DNA from: Nitrospiraceae bacterium
Lineage (GTDB): Bacteria; Nitrospirota; Nitrospiria; Nitrospirales; Nitrospiraceae
Length of the DNA: 44,873 nucleotides
Reading direction: 5' to 3'
Assembly (NCBI GenBank): GCA_035632975.1
Contig: DASQFV010000099.1
Coordinates: 1-44,873, forward strand
Shown here piece after piece: positions 42,773-44,873 of the stretch; the first letter of the stretch is position 1; each line of letters begins with the position of its first letter. A model generated the notes under the pieces. It did no database searches. It was not told the DNA's origin and saw nothing but the letters and a program-made list of their open reading frames with translations. The position numbers and the translations under genes were made by a program.

Positions 42773-43615
42773 ATGCCGCTCGAAGACGATTTCTGTGACA
42801 TCATCAAGAAGGCCCGCATCGGACAGGCCAGGTCCGTGGCGGATGCGGCGCGGATGACCGGATTGCCCGGTGGCGACATCACGGCGCTGGAGCGCGGCAA
42901 TCGCCCACCTGATCGCATTGAGGTTCGGGCGCTGGCGAAGGCGTTGGGACTTCGTCCTGGTCCGCTGGAGCAGATCGCGATCGAGAAGTGGGAACCGGTC
43001 GCGCAACCGCCGATGGCTTGCGTGGAGACGATACAGGGATCGATCAATGGCTATGGCGTGCAGGGCTATGTGGTCCATGACGGCGGGGAAGCGGTGCTCA
43101 TCGACACGGCGTACAATGCGCCGGCGATGATCGAGTTCTTGTCCACTCACCGCCTGCGCCTGATGGGGATTTGTCTGACGCACGGCCATGCAGATCATGC
43201 CGACGGGATCGACCAGATTCTGAAGTTTCGTGAGACGCCGGTGTATCTCGGAACGGAGGATGTCGATCTCCTCAGTTGGCGGCCCCCCGGTACACAGCTG
43301 AAGGCGCCGGAAAATGGTCAGACGATTGCGGTCGGGCGCTTGCGCGTACAATGCCTGGCGACGCCAGGCCATACCCCTGGCGGGATTTGCTATCGGATGG
43401 ATGCCGAGTCACAGTGCGTCTGTTTCGTCGGCGATACGTTGTTTGCGGGATCCATTGGCCGCTCGAATCCCAGTACGCTGTATCAGACCCATCTGGGATC
43501 GGTCTGGACCAGCGTGCTCACGTTGCCACCTGGGTATCGATTGTTGCCGGGTCACGGACCGGCCACAACGGTTCGAGAAGAACTCGACTATAACCCCTTC
43601 GCGCCGGATCACTGA
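42773..43615 (+). CDS. MBL-fold metallo-hydrolase (glyoxalase II-like) with N-terminal HTH-like segment
   Basis: CLTHGHADH metal motif, ATPGHTPGG and PGHG. The N-terminus SVADAARMTGLPGGDITALERG resembles an XRE-type HTH. Confidence 0.8.
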   Translation: MPLEDDFCDIIKKARIGQARSVADAARMTGLPGGDITALERGNRPPDRIEVRALAKALGLRPGPLEQIAIEKWEPVAQPPMACVETIQGSINGYGVQGYVVHDGGEAVLIDTAYNAPAMIEFLSTHRLRLMGICLTHGHADHADGIDQILKFRETPVYLGTEDVDLLSWRPPGTQLKAPENGQTIAVGRLRVQCLATPGHTPGGICYRMDAESQCVCFVGDTLFAGSIGRSNPSTLYQTHLGSVWTSVLTLPPGYRLLPGHGPATTVREELDYNPFAPDH

Positions 43616-43626
43616 AGTTGGCAGCC

Positions 43627-44601
43627 ATGAATCTCGATCAACGGGATGACGACCAGCCGATCCGCAGCGGAGAGCTGCCGGTTGTGGCGAGGCCATCTGA
43701 GGATCCCAGTGCTCTCTCCACGGACGACGAATTCGAGGAGACCCCGTTCTCGAAATGGATCCTGCCCACCAGCCTCTTTGTGGCGACGATCTTCACCACA
43801 CTGTGGGCCGGGGCCTATCAGGCCTACGACGGACCGATCCATGGACCGGTGAACTTTCTGCTCGAACACCCCGAGACGCTCTGGCGCGGGATTCCCTTCG
43901 CTGCCACACTCCTGCTCATTCTGGTGACCCATGAATTCGGGCACTATGTGCTCTCCCGCATCCACCGAGTTCCGGCGTCGCTGCCGTTGTTCATCCCGGG
44001 CCCTCCGTATTTCATCGGCACATTCGGGGCGATCATTCGCCTGCGCGGGCCGATCTTGAATCGGCGCGCGCTGTTCGACATCGGCGTGTCTGGTCCGCTT
44101 GCCGGCTTCATCGTTGCGGTGGTAGCACTGGTCATCGGTCTGAACATGTCAACGGTCGTTGATCGGACGGCGACCCATGGATTGCAGTTGGGCGAGCCGT
44201 TGCTCTTGCAGTTCATCTCCTGGCTGGTCGTCGGATCCATCCCTCCTCAGGCTGACATCGTCTTGCACCCCATCGGGTTCGCCGCCTGGTTCGGTCTGTT
44301 TGTGACGTCACTGAATCTCCTTCCCATCGGACAACTTGACGGCGGGCATGTGGCGTATGCCCTGTGGGGCTCACGCCAACGCACGATGGCGTTTATCATG
44401 GTGCCGCTGTTGATCGCGCTGGGATTCGTGGGCTGGCCCGGTTGGTGGCTCTGGGCCTTCATGGCCGGACTATGGGGTTTCGGGCACCCCCCGGTGCGCG
44501 ATCTTCACCTGCCGTTGGGCCGAGAGCGCATCGTTGTCGGATGGATTGCATTTGCCGTGTTTGTGCTGACCTTTGCGCCAGTTCCTTTCTCCTTCCACTA
44601 A
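43627..44601 (+). CDS. M50 family site-2 protease (membrane metalloprotease)
   Basis: HExxH as THEFGHYV inside a TM helix, plus NLLPIGQLDGGHV. A TTG at 43618 is an alternative start. Confidence 0.85.
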   Translation: MNLDQRDDDQPIRSGELPVVARPSEDPSALSTDDEFEETPFSKWILPTSLFVATIFTTLWAGAYQAYDGPIHGPVNFLLEHPETLWRGIPFAATLLLILVTHEFGHYVLSRIHRVPASLPLFIPGPPYFIGTFGAIIRLRGPILNRRALFDIGVSGPLAGFIVAVVALVIGLNMSTVVDRTATHGLQLGEPLLLQFISWLVVGSIPPQADIVLHPIGFAAWFGLFVTSLNLLPIGQLDGGHVAYALWGSRQRTMAFIMVPLLIALGFVGWPGWWLWAFMAGLWGFGHPPVRDLHLPLGRERIVVGWIAFAVFVLTFAPVPFSFH

Positions 44602-44725
44602 CAAGCTGCTGAAACAGTCCGCCAGCTTCGTTCTCGCATCGGTCAGACCCTCAACGTACCCCTGAGGGTACGCCTCGGGTCCTCACTCGCTGCGGCCTTG
44701 CTGGACGGTCTGTTTGAGCAGCTTG
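44602..44725 (+). repeat. Repeat family B, copy 3
   Basis: Begins at the nucleotide after the TAA stop at 44599-44601. It aligns with 30583-30704. Confidence 0.85.
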
Positions 44726-44803
44726 CAATCGGACTTCATACAGTGCCTGGCACAATCCGGAGATTTTCTTGTCCGATCGCACACTCCGCCCTACAGTGTG
44801 CCT

Positions 44804-44873
44804 ATGGCATCCACCGAGACTTCGACCCTGTCGTGTCCCAAGTGTCAGGCCGACCAGCCTGACGGAGCGACAG
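44804..44873 (+). CDS. 5' end of a CDS (partial), starts with a CxxC zinc-ribbon-like motif
   Basis: The ATG at 44804 opens MASTETSTLSCPKCQADQPDGAT, which stays open to the window edge. Confidence 0.3.
   Translation, partial: MASTETSTLSCPKCQADQPDGAT

Noticed and set aside
1-44873. Search for tRNA, rRNA, tmRNA, transposase, integrase or phage genes
   Set aside because: No T-loop or acceptor-like tRNA signatures, rRNA-like stretches or DDE/tyrosine-recombinase motifs were recognised by eye. A tRNAscan/Infernal run would be needed to exclude small RNAs formally.

Overview
The window is a 44.9 kb chromosomal segment from a GC-rich diderm bacterium. The diderm call rests on LPS-heptose genes gmhA/rfaE2, SurA/PpiC chaperones, MurJ, MtgA and a LemA-TPM triad. 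Gene content and repeat style suggest Nitrospirota, but that is only an inference. Most of the window is housekeeping. A long minus-strand string runs gmhA, DHS-like, SprT-like, dinB, rfaE2, mfd, ppiC-like, surA-like. Other core genes are murJ, ogt, iaaA-like, mtgA, engB, hemL, pyk, an M16 peptidase pair and an M50 site-2 protease. Six things stand out. (1) The left end carries a complete c-di-GMP signalling cassette: sensor kinase, REC-HisKA lacking an ATPase domain, REC-GGDEF with an I-site, then a zinc-ribbon PilZ receptor. (2) An orphan CARF plus HEPN-like protein (TIGR02710/Csx1-like architecture) sits alone at 23.8-25.0 kb with no cas genes or CRISPR array, and its HEPN arginine position is Ala. 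(3) It heads a visibly more A/T-rich 5.5 kb islet of small secreted or membrane hypothetical genes, including one frameshifted paralogue. (4) A 774-aa fusion of an unknown N-domain, a PGAM-type histidine phosphatase and a divergent PFK-like domain lies directly upstream of pyruvate kinase. (5) Two families of non-coding palindromic MITE-like repeats occur, about 240 bp and about 122 bp, and their copies abut stop codons. (6) A tandem heptamer (TTCACGN)x3-4 recurs at the 5' ends of five genes. No tRNA, rRNA, CRISPR array or transposase gene was recognised. All homology calls come from motif recognition by eye, with no database search.
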